Part shown: positions 41,276 to 50,613 of the stretch, piece by piece
How positions within the stretch are numbered: position 1 is the first letter of the stretch
How the letters are laid out: each line of letters begins with the position of its first letter
Assembly: GCA_044237545.1 (NCBI GenBank)
Contig: JBIIFB010000002.1
Span: 1 to 56,940, forward strand
DNA length: 56,940 nucleotides
Reading direction: 5' to 3'
DNA from: Pirellulales bacterium
GTDB taxonomy: Bacteria; Planctomycetota; Planctomycetia; Pirellulales; UBA1268
Made by a program: the position numbers and the translations under genes
Notes under the pieces: model-generated
What the model was told of the DNA's origin: nothing
The model's database searches: none
What the model saw: only the letters and a program-made list of their open reading frames with translations

Positions 41276-43924
41276 TCAGGGCCTCGTGATCGTCTCGTGG
41301 AGATTCAAGAGCACTCGGGCCACATGGGTCCAGGCGGCCAACTCCGCCTTATCAACGTCAGGCGGCAGCGAGGCGAGACCGGTCTTGAGGAGTTCTTCGG
41401 CCGCGGCGGGGCTCGCCTTGTAGTGGTCGAGGTGCTCCCGCACCAGTGGCATCACCGTCTCCATTTCCTCGACCCGCGGCAGCCGCTGTAAAACCTGCTG
41501 CCACGCCCAGGCCACACGCTCCTCGGGCGAGCCGTTGCATTCCTTCAGCATCCGCGAGGCCAGGCTCCGAGAGGCCTCGACATAGCTGGGGTCGTTCAGG
41601 AGCACGAGCGCCTGCTGTGGGATGTTGGATCGATTCCGCTCGGCACAGCATTCCTCCCGGCTCGGCGCGTCGAAGGCGAGCATGCTCGGGTGAAGGAACG
41701 ACCGCTGCCACCAGGTATAGAGGCCGCGACGATACTGCTTGTCGCCCGAGTCGTTGGGATAGGTTCGCGTTGGAAAGTTGAGGTTCTCCCAATAGCCGTC
41801 GGGCTGATAGGGCTTCACGCTCGGACCGCCAATCGTGCGGACGAGCAGGCCGGAGACGGAAATCGCCGCATCCCGGACACACTCGGCATCGACGCGGAAG
41901 GCCGATTGCCGTGCCAATTCGCGGTTGTAGGGATCAGCCGCCAAGAGCGCGGGCGTGGCGACCGACGTCTGCCGGTAGGTCGCGCTCGTGACGATCGTGC
42001 GGACCATGTGCTTCATGTCCCACCCCGAGTCCATGAACTCGCAGGCCAGCCAATCGAGCAGGGCCGGATTGGCCGGTGGCTCACCCTGGGCGCCGAGGTC
42101 GTCGAGCACCTTCGACAGCCCCGTCCCGAACAACTGCTTCCAGAGCCGGTTCATCACGACCCTCGCGGTGAGCGGGTTGTCACGCGAAACGAGCCACTGG
42201 GCGAGATCGAGCCTATTCGGCTCCCGACCGTCGATCACCGGCACCGGCAGGTAGGCGGGGAACGCTGGCTTCACGAGCTCGCCCGTTTCGTCCATCCAAT
42301 TGCCGCGGGGCAGGATGCGGACGGTCCGCGGCTTGTCGGAGTGGACGCTGACCAGGCACTTGGCCAGGGGGTCGTAGAAGTCCTTGCGATCCTTTTCAGC
42401 CTTGGCCAAGCCATCCCGCTCCGTCTGGAACAGTGTCGTGGCCCGGCCTCGGAAATAGTCCCGCAGCCTGTTCTTGTCGTTGCCGTCTCGCTTGGCCGGC
42501 TCCTTGGCAAGACTGGCTGCCACCTGCCTGGCGGTGTTTTTCTCGGCGTCGGACGCCTTGGCGTCGGTGGCAAGTTCGGGAAGCGTCACGCCGTAGGAAA
42601 CGACGTCAGCCTCCCACTGCTGCTGCGCCGCGTCGAGCTGGGGAACGATCGCGTCGAACTTCTTCTTCGCGTCGGCCACGCTGGCGTCGAGATCAGCGAG
42701 CCGCGTGTGCTCCTCGGGAGTGCCGACGATCATCCCATCCTCCGGATGGCCGATGATTGGCTCCTTGATGTCGGCGAAGAAGGCGCCGAGCGCGTAGAAA
42801 TCACGGGTCTTGAACGGGTCGAACTTGTGGTCGTGGCACTGCGCGCAGCCGGTCGTCTGGCCCAGCCATGCGGCTCCTATCGCGCGAACCCGGTCTGTCA
42901 GCATCCGCGACTCGTAGTCTTTGGCCTGGGCGCCTCCCTCCTCGGTCGTGAGCAGGAGACGGTTGAACGCCGACCCGACGCGGGTCTCCTGATTGGCATC
43001 GGGCAAGAGGTCGCCGGCCACCTGATGAATCGTGAACTCGTCGAACGGCTGGTTGTCGTTGAAGCTCCTGATCACCCAGTCGCGGTAGGGCCAGACATTC
43101 CGCGGGGTGTCGCTGTGGTAGCCGATCGTGTCGGCGAACCGCACCACGTCGAGCCAGCCGACTGCCATCTTCTCGCCGTAGTGGGGATTGGCGAGCAGCC
43201 GGTCTACCAGGAACCCGTATGCATCCGGACGTGTGTCGCCGACGAATGCCGCGACCTCTTCCGGTGTGGGTGGCAGGCCGAGCAGGTCGAACGACAGACG
43301 CCGAATGAGCGTCCGCCGATCGGCCTCGCCCGCAGACTCAAGGCCGATCGTCGTCAGCCGCTTCCGCACGAGCTGGTCCACGCCGTTGGTGCCGGCCGGC
43401 ACGTCCGCCTTCACCGGTTTTTCGTAGGCCCAGTGAAGCTGGTATTCCGCCCCCTGCTCGATCCAGAGGGCGAGCAGTTGCCTCTGCTTCGCGTCGAGCT
43501 TTTTGTGCGACTCCGGCGGCGGCATGATCTCATCGGGATCGGTCGCATCGATCCGCGACACGATCGTGCTCTCGGCAGGCTTGCCCGGCACGATCGCTCC
43601 GGCAGCCACGGCGTCGTCCCGGATGTCGAGCCGCAGGTCGGCCTGCCGGTGGCTGGCATCTGGCCCATGGCAAGAAAAGCAATTGTCGGAGAGGATCGGC
43701 CGGATATCGCGATTGAACGCAACGGTGGCCGACGGCTGTGGCCCGGCCCCGGCTGCAGCGGCCTGACAGGCCGACGTGACGGCAAAAACCAGCACAAGCA
43801 CGGCCACGGCCGCACGAAAACACCGGCATGCAAAGCTGTGTATCAAAGGATCGCTCCTCTGGAAAACAACCGCTTCGCCGTCAGGAGTGCGAAAGCACCC
43901 TTCCCAACGCGGCTCCTCCGGCAT
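41276..43924 (-). CDS. PSCyt/DUF1549/DUF1553 (PSD1) protein
   Basis: Supporting motifs are CFSCHGPDASHRQADLRLD and ...CAQCHDHKFDP.... It is a paralogue of 37444-39852. The start is uncertain: ATG at 43924 is used, while the ORF track gives GTG at 43957. The hydrophobic signal starts about 30 aa further in. Confidence 0.85.
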   Translation of the reverse strand: MPEEPRWEGCFRTPDGEAVVFQRSDPLIHSFACRCFRAAVAVLVLVFAVTSACQAAAAGAGPQPSATVAFNRDIRPILSDNCFSCHGPDASHRQADLRLDIRDDAVAAGAIVPGKPAESTIVSRIDATDPDEIMPPPESHKKLDAKQRQLLALWIEQGAEYQLHWAYEKPVKADVPAGTNGVDQLVRKRLTTIGLESAGEADRRTLIRRLSFDLLGLPPTPEEVAAFVGDTRPDAYGFLVDRLLANPHYGEKMAVGWLDVVRFADTIGYHSDTPRNVWPYRDWVIRSFNDNQPFDEFTIHQVAGDLLPDANQETRVGSAFNRLLLTTEEGGAQAKDYESRMLTDRVRAIGAAWLGQTTGCAQCHDHKFDPFKTRDFYALGAFFADIKEPIIGHPEDGMIVGTPEEHTRLADLDASVADAKKKFDAIVPQLDAAQQQWEADVVSYGVTLPELATDAKASDAEKNTARQVAASLAKEPAKRDGNDKNRLRDYFRGRATTLFQTERDGLAKAEKDRKDFYDPLAKCLVSVHSDKPRTVRILPRGNWMDETGELVKPAFPAYLPVPVIDGREPNRLDLAQWLVSRDNPLTARVVMNRLWKQLFGTGLSKVLDDLGAQGEPPANPALLDWLACEFMDSGWDMKHMVRTIVTSATYRQTSVATPALLAADPYNRELARQSAFRVDAECVRDAAISVSGLLVRTIGGPSVKPYQPDGYWENLNFPTRTYPNDSGDKQYRRGLYTWWQRSFLHPSMLAFDAPSREECCAERNRSNIPQQALVLLNDPSYVEASRSLASRMLKECNGSPEERVAWAWQQVLQRLPRVEEMETVMPLVREHLDHYKASPAAAEELLKTGLASLPPDVDKAELAAWTHVARVLLNLHETITRP

Positions 43925-44018
43925 GCAGGCCCGGGGAGCGATCGGCGGATCGGACACCCTATTCTATCGTCATTTCTGGGGCGTCGCAGGAAAAAGCGGC
44001 CATTTCCGCCAAAAACGC

Positions 44019-45374
44019 CTACACACGCGGAATTTCGAAACCGTCGCGGGCCTTTCGCGAGGCAAAGGCGGCCGCCTGCTCGTCGCCCACGATTGTTTCA
44101 GTGGCCGGATCCCACTTGATCGTCCGGCCCAGCCGGGCCGCGATCGCCGCCAGATGGCAGGTGTTCATCGCGATGACATGGCTGAAGACGTCCGACACCG
44201 GCAGGCCGCCTTCGCGGATACAGCGGTAGAAGTTCTGCTTGTGAGCCTCGTAGGGCTTCCCCTTGTAGAGGGTTTTCAGGTCGTCGTCGCCAAACGCGTC
44301 TTTGTCCCAGCCCTCTTCGATCGGCGTGCCGGTGATCTTCTGGCGGTTGACGAACATCCGCCCCTTGGTGCCCTCGAACAGGATGCCGTTGTCGCCGCGG
44401 CTGGTGACGATCAGCTCCACGCCACTTGGAAACTTGCAGGGCACCGAGAAGTCGTAGGCCGTGTTGTATTCGTCGTCGACAGTCGGATAGCCATCCTTAT
44501 ACGGCACCGGATGGCGGGCATCCACGCCGTTGATCTCGATCGGCCCCTTGCCCTTTGTGTCTTCCTTGAGTGCCCACTGCGCGATGTCGACATGGTGCGC
44601 GCCCCAGTCGGTGAACTTGCCGCCCGAATATTCGTACCACCAGCGAAACTCGTAGTGGCACCGCCGGTTGCGGAAGGGGACTTTGGGAGCTTGGCCAAGC
44701 CACATCTCCCAGTCGAGCCCGCCGGGCGGATTCTCGATCGGGAAGGGGCCGCCGACGGGGCTTGCGCCAATGCCGGCCGTCACCTTCTGGATGTCGCCGA
44801 GCATGCCCTTGTGGACGATGTTCACGGCCCGCAGGAACTGATCCTTCTGGCTTCGCTGCTGCGTGCCGATGAAGAATTGCAGCGTGGGAAACTTCTCGGC
44901 GGCGGCCCGGGCGAACTGGTTCTCTTCCAGCGTCAGCGAGAGCGGCTTCTGGCAGAAGACATGCTTGCCGGCCTGGAGGGCCTCGATCGCGATCTTCACA
45001 TGCCAGTGGTCGGTGGTGACGATGCTGACGACGTCGATGTCGGGCCGCTCGAGCACCTTGCGATAGTCGCCGTAGGCATCGGCCTTCCCCTTGCCGATTC
45101 GCACGTCGTACTTGGCCCGGTCGGCCCGGTCCTTATCGACGTCGCAGACGGCGAGGATGTCGCCAAACTGCGCATGCTGGATCGCGTCGCCCATGCCCAT
45201 CGATCCGGTGCCGATGCAGGCGATCCGGGGCCGGTCATTGGCCGCGTCGTTGGCGAAGGCGGTCGCCGCGAGGGGGATATAGGGAATGAATCCACTGCCG
45301 GCGGTGGCGGCCGCGGCCCCGGCGGCGGCACTTCCGAGAAAGCCCCGGCGGCTCGTGCGCACATGCTTGACCAT
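44019..45374 (-). CDS. Gfo/Idh/MocA family oxidoreductase with twin-arginine signal
   Basis: The ATG at 45374 gives MVKHVRTSRRGFLGSAAAGAAAATAG. The Rossmann segment is RIACIGTGSMG. Confidence 0.85.
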   Translation of the reverse strand: MVKHVRTSRRGFLGSAAAGAAAATAGSGFIPYIPLAATAFANDAANDRPRIACIGTGSMGMGDAIQHAQFGDILAVCDVDKDRADRAKYDVRIGKGKADAYGDYRKVLERPDIDVVSIVTTDHWHVKIAIEALQAGKHVFCQKPLSLTLEENQFARAAAEKFPTLQFFIGTQQRSQKDQFLRAVNIVHKGMLGDIQKVTAGIGASPVGGPFPIENPPGGLDWEMWLGQAPKVPFRNRRCHYEFRWWYEYSGGKFTDWGAHHVDIAQWALKEDTKGKGPIEINGVDARHPVPYKDGYPTVDDEYNTAYDFSVPCKFPSGVELIVTSRGDNGILFEGTKGRMFVNRQKITGTPIEEGWDKDAFGDDDLKTLYKGKPYEAHKQNFYRCIREGGLPVSDVFSHVIAMNTCHLAAIAARLGRTIKWDPATETIVGDEQAAAFASRKARDGFEIPRV

Positions 45375-45510
45375 CGTCGATTCTCCTCGCGGTTGGGAAG
45401 GCCGGATGTCACCGGCACGAAGACCACCAGCACAGCCCACGTACCCTCGCATCGGGGCACGACGGCCGCAAGAGGTGATCGGGACTCAAGGGAACGCAGC
45501 ACTTTTCTCT

Positions 45511-45600
45511 CTCCCCATAAAAGCCCTCGGCGTGAGCCGGGGTATCGGCTGCAAAGAATCCCGTCGCTCACGCTCAGGGCTTGTATAAAACCCTTCCATG
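45511..45600. repeat. solo copy of repeat family A
   Basis: ccccataaaagccctcggcgtgagccggggtatcggctgcaaagaatcccgtcgctcacgctcagggcttgtataaaacccttcc is homologous to the units at 14410-14700 and 50614-50938, in the same orientation. Confidence 0.85.
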
Positions 45601-45651
45601 CTCGGCGGTAGCTTGCTATGAGCGTAGTCACACTCTGGAGCAGGTTGTTGC

Positions 45652-47010
45652 ATGCCATCACAAATGCCCCTCAAAAAGATCGTCGCAGTCGCTGCAGCGC
45701 TTGCTTGGGGAATCGTGGGGGGAGTCCCCGCCGCTGAACCGGAGACTCGCTCTCCCGCTCCCGTGCGCTCCCCGTGGCAGCCGGCGCCTGAGAAACTCCC
45801 GGCCTGGGATATGACCCTGCTTCGCAAGCCGCCTGCCACTCAGCCTGCGACCGAGGCGCCGGTCGAGGGCGTGCAGGCGATCTGGATCGATGCGCTTCCG
45901 CTGCAAGGCAAGACAACGAAGGCCTTCGCCTATCTGGGCATGCCCGCGAAGTCGGCCGATACGAATGAAAGAATCCCTGGAGTCGTGCTCGTGCACGGCG
46001 GCGGCGGAACGGCCTTCGCCGACTGGGTAAAGATGTGGACGGCCCGCGGCTACGCGGCGATCGCCGTCGATCTCGAAGGACAGATTCCGACGCCCGGTGA
46101 GCCTGGAAAACGGGTCCGCACCGACACACTCGGCCACGCGTGGGGCGGCGGCCCCGCCCGGACCGGCAACGCCTTCGGCGACTGCTTCGATCGGCCGTTC
46201 GAAGAGCAGTGGCCCTACCACGCCGTGGCCGACACGATCCTTGCCGTATCGCTGCTCACTTCCATGCCGGAGGTCGATCCGGCCCGGATCGGCCTGGTCG
46301 GCATCTCCTGGGGATCGGTCATCTGCACGATCGCCGGCGGCGTCGACGATCGGCCGACGTTCGTCGTATCGCAGTACATCGGCGGATTCTTGAACCTCGA
46401 CAGCGGCTGGTGCGAATTCATGAAGCCGCGGCCCGCCACCTGGGCCTGGGATCCCGCGAATGTCTATGCGAACGTCGCCGCTTCACGGAAAACTCAATGG
46501 CTCTGGATCAACGGCGCAAACGACGCCTACGGTACGCCTCCGATGATGAATGCGTCTTTTCGAGCGACCGTCCCACACTCCTGGATGACGATCTCGCCGA
46601 CGCTCGGCCACGGGCACATCTGGGCCGCCGATAAAGTCGGCGAGATCTACGCCTTCGCCGATGCGGTGACTCGCACGGCGCCGCCGCTGGCCCGCATCAC
46701 CCACACCGAGTGGCGACCCGACTCTGTCCACGTCACCTGGACGGGCGGCCCGCCGATCGTGAAGGCGCAGTGGGTCTACGCAACGCTGCCCCAGCCCGAC
46801 ATGAGGTTCGCACCACCCGGCACACGGACCGATTGGCCCAAGGTGAAATACACCGTCGTTGACGCGGCCGTGACACCACGACCAGCCGACGAGACTGGCG
46901 GCTTCACCGCCACGCTCCCGCGGCCCGAGGGCATGGTGACCGGCTGGGTGAATCTCGTCGACGACCGGGGGCTGGCCGTCTCGTCGGAACTGCTTGCACC
47001 AATGCCGTGA
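45652..47010 (+). CDS. secreted alpha/beta hydrolase (acetyl-esterase / dienelactone-hydrolase-like)
   Basis: A signal peptide is present (KKIVAVAAALAWGIVGGVPAAEP). Other motifs are VVLVHGGGGTAFADW and the nucleophile elbow GISWGS. A beta-rich C-terminal extension follows. Confidence 0.75.
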   Translation: MPSQMPLKKIVAVAAALAWGIVGGVPAAEPETRSPAPVRSPWQPAPEKLPAWDMTLLRKPPATQPATEAPVEGVQAIWIDALPLQGKTTKAFAYLGMPAKSADTNERIPGVVLVHGGGGTAFADWVKMWTARGYAAIAVDLEGQIPTPGEPGKRVRTDTLGHAWGGGPARTGNAFGDCFDRPFEEQWPYHAVADTILAVSLLTSMPEVDPARIGLVGISWGSVICTIAGGVDDRPTFVVSQYIGGFLNLDSGWCEFMKPRPATWAWDPANVYANVAASRKTQWLWINGANDAYGTPPMMNASFRATVPHSWMTISPTLGHGHIWAADKVGEIYAFADAVTRTAPPLARITHTEWRPDSVHVTWTGGPPIVKAQWVYATLPQPDMRFAPPGTRTDWPKVKYTVVDAAVTPRPADETGGFTATLPRPEGMVTGWVNLVDDRGLAVSSELLAPMP

Positions 47011-47115
47011 GAAATTGGAATAAACTGCCTCCCCTCTTTGGGAGATCCCCCATTTGCCTTTCTGTTCAGCAGGTTTTTCAGCGACCAACGCCCGCAGCCG
47101 GTGTGAGCGACCGTC

Positions 47116-47245
47116 GTGGCCACGAGTTTTCAACGTGTGGAATCCGGGCCGGGGACAGGGCAATTTAAAAACTCGCCCCCACGAAGCAGCGTAAGTTAAA
47201 ACTCACCCCCACGAGGCAAAGCCGGTTGGAAACTCACCCCCACTA
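47116..47245. repeat. cluster of AAAACTC(G/A)CCCCCAC motifs (3 direct copies and 1 inverted longer copy)
   Basis: The direct copies are at 47167-47186, 47198-47216 and 47229-47243, spaced 30-31 bp apart. An inverted 32-nt version lies at 47116-47147. The cluster sits between two convergent stop codons, and the last copy overlaps the TAG at 47243-47245. Confidence 0.8.
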
Positions 47246-50200
47246 TCGCATGACCGCCGCGTGGAGGATTTCGACCGGATGCAGGGCCGTGCGACCGGTG
47301 CCATCTTTGATCTGATGGCGGCAGCTCGTGCCCGGCGCGGCGATGAGCACGTCGGACGCGGCGTCGCGGACGGCAGGAAAAAGCACCAGCTCGCCGATCT
47401 GCATCGAGAGTTCGAAGTGCTCACGCTCATAGCCAAATGAACCCGCCATGCCGCAGCAGCCGCTCGGGATCACCTCGACGGTGGCGTTTCGTGGCAGCGA
47501 CAGCACCGCGACGGTCGGCTCGAGTGAAGCCAGCGCCTTCTGATGGCAGTGGCCGTGAAGCTTGATCCGGCTCGGCTGGTCGGTGAATGCATCTGCCGTG
47601 ATCCGGCCGAGGGCCGCCTCACGCGACAGAAACTCGTCGATCAAAAACGTGCGGCCCGCCAGCCGCTTTGCGGCCGCGGCCAGCCGCTCCGGAACAAGAT
47701 CGGGATACTCGTCGCGGAAACCGAGGATCGCAGAGGGTTCGATGCCGACCAGCGGCGCGTCGTCGGTGATCACGTCGGCGAGCAGTTCAACATTCTTGGC
47801 CGCCAGGTCGCGGGCTTCCCGCACGAGTCCCTTTGACAGTTGCGCCCGGCCGCTGTCGACGTGGCGGGGAACCACCACCTCGTAGCCGAGCGCCTCGAGC
47901 AGTTCCACCGCCTTGATGCCCAGCGGCACGTCGAGCGTGTCGGTGAACTCGTCCACGAACAGGTGCACACGGCCGTTCGGCTTCGCACCTGGCAACGAGA
48001 TTGCATCGTGTTGGGCTTCTGAACGTGGCGACAAGATTTCATCTTGTTGGGCTCGGGGCCGGATTCGGCACGTTGAAAACTCGCCGCCACGGAAGGCGTC
48101 CGCTAGCGGTCCGCTTTTCTCCCTTCGCTTGAGCCACGCCCTGAGCGTCGTGCCGTGTAGGTGCGGCAGCGACCTGCCGGCCGCGAAGCCCATGAACTGC
48201 TTGAGCAGGTGCGACACGCCGGGCGCCGACACGGCGAAGTTGTAGGCCCACGGAGCGAGGCTCGCCCACCGCATCGCGGCCGCCGAACCGGCGATCAAGC
48301 GGCTCCGCAGCGGCACGCCGCGCTCGTCATGCAGATGCTGCTGCCACTCGGCCTTGAGCCGGGCCATGTCGACGTTCGACGGACACTCGCTCTTGCACGC
48401 CTTGCAGGAGAGGCAGAGGTCCATGACGTCGGCGATCTCGGGCTGGGTCCAGGGGTTTGCCGCATCTCGTGTCGACGAAAGCGCCTGCCGCAGGACGTTG
48501 GCCCGCGCCCGCGTCGTGTGCTGCTCGTCGCGGGTCGCCATGTAGCTGGGACACATCGTGCCCCCCATCGCAGCCGACTTGCGGCACTGTCCCACGCCCG
48601 TGCACTTCTCCGCGGCACGCAGCACACCGCCGGTGTCGGCAAAGCGAAACACCGTGTCATGGTGCGGCTCGGGCTCGCCGGGCAGGATCCTCAAGGAAGT
48701 GTCCATCGGTGGCGTGTCGATGATCTTGCCCGGATTGAAGATGCCCTGTGGGTCGAACAGCCGCTTCACCCGCTCGACTAACCCGAAGCATTCGTCGCCC
48801 ACCATCGTGCGGATGAATTCACCGCGGAGCCGGCCGTCGCCGTGCTCGCCACTCAGGCTCCCGCGGTATTGCTTCACGAGCGCCGCCACGTCGGCGGCCA
48901 CGTCGCGAAACATCGCGAGCCCGGCGGGCGTGCGGAGATCAAAGAGCGGCCGCAGATGCAGTTCGCCGGCGCCGGCGTGGGCGTAGTGGATGCACTCGAC
49001 GCCATATTTCTCGGCGAGCAGCCGGTCGAACTCGGCAATGTAGGCAGGCAGATCCTCGACGGCCACGGCCGTATCCTCGACGATTTCCCGCGGCTTGGCG
49101 TCGCCCGGCACGTTGTTCACGAGCCCCTGGCCCGCCCGCCGCAGTTCCCAGACCTTGTCACCGTCGGCGCCGAAGAGCACGGGATAGGCGTAGCCGAGGC
49201 CCTCGCTACGGAGCTCTTGCTCAATCTGGTGGAGCTTTACGGCCACAGCGCCGCGGTCGGCGTGTTTCATCTCCACGACGAGGATCGCTCCGGGATCGCC
49301 CACCACGAAGGAGCGGTTGCGGGACTGCTCGGTGTTGTCCTTCGTGCAATCGAGGATCTTCTTGTCGATCAGCTCGCAGGCCGTCAGCACGCACTCGCTT
49401 TCTGAATCCAGACACGCCGGCATCCGTGATGCATCGAGCCTACGCCGGTGCCGCATCGCCACGAGCGTCGCCCGCAGTGCCTCGTCGACGCTCGCGCAGT
49501 GCACGATGAGCAACGCCCCCGGCGGCGGCACCGGGATCAGGCCGAGCTCATACTCGACGCCGAAGAAGAGCGTGCCCTCGGAGCCGGCGAGCAGCCTGCA
49601 GAAATTGAAGGACCGCTCGCCCCGACTGTCGAAGACCTGATCGAAGCAGGAGGCGTCCATGAGGGCATCGAGGGCGTAGCCCGTGTTTCGGCGGGTGACC
49701 TCGGGCCGCGGATAAGACTCTCGAATCAAGTGGCGGTTGGCGGGATCACCGAGCAGGCCGTGGATCTCCCGATAGATCCGCGTTTCGAGCGAGTCTGGCC
49801 CCGCGACCTTCTCCGCGAACTCTTCGCACGTGAGTGGGCCGAAGGTCACCTCTGAGCCGTCGGCAAGAAAGCCTCTCGCGCGGACGAGATGGTCGCGGGT
49901 CGAGCCGTAGGCGATCGAGTTCGAGCCGCAGGAGTTGTTGCCTACCATGCCGCCGATCATCGCCCAGGCCGCGGTCGACGTCTCAGGGCCGAAGAAGAGC
50001 CCAAGCGGCGCGAGGTGCTGGTTGAGCGCGTTGCGGACCACGCCCGGCTGCACGCGGACGGTGCGTTGCTGCACGTCGATCGCGAGGATGCGATTGAGGT
50101 GGCGGCCCGCATCGACGACGATCCCGCTGCCGACCACCTGCCCGGCCAGCGACGTGCCCGCGGCCCGGGGAATCAGCCCGACGCGATTCTCCGCGGCAAA

Positions 50201-50446
50201 CCGCACGAGTTCGCGGACGTCGGCCTCCGTCTTGGGCAATGCCACGGCCAGCGGCCGCTCCTGGTATTCCGACGCGTCGGTCGAGTAGATCGTCCGCGTG
50301 AGGTCGTCGACGAGCAGGTCGCCATCGAGGCGGAGAGCGAGTGCGGCCATTCTGGAAGACGCTGTCATGAAACTACGTGCCGTCAGGCTCGTACCTTTGA
50401 CGCTGGAAAATCGCGGTGCACCGCTGCGGGCGCATCGCTTCATCAT
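47243..50446 (-). CDS. FAD-binding and (Fe-S)-binding oxidoreductase (GlcD-like + 4Fe-4S + CCG domains; YdiJ-like)
   Basis: The FAD PCMH domain shows PRAAGTSLAGQ. Ferredoxin-type clusters are CTGVGQCRK...CPS and CLSCKACKSECP. A C-terminal CCG motif is PSGCCGMAGSFG. The start is ambiguous: ATGs at 50446, 50368 and 50350 all lack a clear SD. Confidence 0.9.
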   Translation of the reverse strand: MMKRCARSGAPRFSSVKGTSLTARSFMTASSRMAALALRLDGDLLVDDLTRTIYSTDASEYQERPLAVALPKTEADVRELVRFAAENRVGLIPRAAGTSLAGQVVGSGIVVDAGRHLNRILAIDVQQRTVRVQPGVVRNALNQHLAPLGLFFGPETSTAAWAMIGGMVGNNSCGSNSIAYGSTRDHLVRARGFLADGSEVTFGPLTCEEFAEKVAGPDSLETRIYREIHGLLGDPANRHLIRESYPRPEVTRRNTGYALDALMDASCFDQVFDSRGERSFNFCRLLAGSEGTLFFGVEYELGLIPVPPPGALLIVHCASVDEALRATLVAMRHRRRLDASRMPACLDSESECVLTACELIDKKILDCTKDNTEQSRNRSFVVGDPGAILVVEMKHADRGAVAVKLHQIEQELRSEGLGYAYPVLFGADGDKVWELRRAGQGLVNNVPGDAKPREIVEDTAVAVEDLPAYIAEFDRLLAEKYGVECIHYAHAGAGELHLRPLFDLRTPAGLAMFRDVAADVAALVKQYRGSLSGEHGDGRLRGEFIRTMVGDECFGLVERVKRLFDPQGIFNPGKIIDTPPMDTSLRILPGEPEPHHDTVFRFADTGGVLRAAEKCTGVGQCRKSAAMGGTMCPSYMATRDEQHTTRARANVLRQALSSTRDAANPWTQPEIADVMDLCLSCKACKSECPSNVDMARLKAEWQQHLHDERGVPLRSRLIAGSAAAMRWASLAPWAYNFAVSAPGVSHLLKQFMGFAAGRSLPHLHGTTLRAWLKRREKSGPLADAFRGGEFSTCRIRPRAQQDEILSPRSEAQHDAISLPGAKPNGRVHLFVDEFTDTLDVPLGIKAVELLEALGYEVVVPRHVDSGRAQLSKGLVREARDLAAKNVELLADVITDDAPLVGIEPSAILGFRDEYPDLVPERLAAAAKRLAGRTFLIDEFLSREAALGRITADAFTDQPSRIKLHGHCHQKALASLEPTVAVLSLPRNATVEVIPSGCCGMAGSFGYEREHFELSMQIGELVLFPAVRDAASDVLIAAPGTSCRHQIKDGTGRTALHPVEILHAAVMR
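48059..48090. repeat. in-gene copy of the 32-nt element, inverted relative to 47116-47147
   Basis: The reverse complement of ccggattcggcacgttgaaaactcgccgccac matches gtggccacgagttttcaacgtgtggaatccgg at 28 of 32 positions. The copy lies inside the linker-coding part of the FAD/Fe-S gene. Confidence 0.7.
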
Positions 50447-50613
50447 AAACTGGCACGTACAGGTGGCGCTGCCGTGCGGACCAGTTTTTCTTACGCTTTT
50501 TCCTGGGCACGGATGACGTAGCGGCAGCCGGTGGAGAGGGGCTGGGTCAACTCACGGGCAAGTTATAAGGCTGACACATGATCCTCGGGCGTTCCCCGAA
50601 CGGTCGCGCTCAT

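Noticed and set aside
41690-45611. Very long + strand ORFs (41690-44119, 809 aa; 43776-45611, 611 aa)
   Set aside because: Both are antisense to genes with strong signatures (PSD protein, TAT-signal Gfo/Idh/MocA). The products are Arg/Gly/Pro-rich with no motifs.
47148-48058. Site-specific invertible segment bounded by the 32-nt inverted repeats
   Set aside because: No recombinase gene is nearby. In the present orientation the segment encodes the normal C-terminal CCG domains of the enzyme, so inversion would simply destroy the gene. I keep it only as a low-probability remark inside the related finding.
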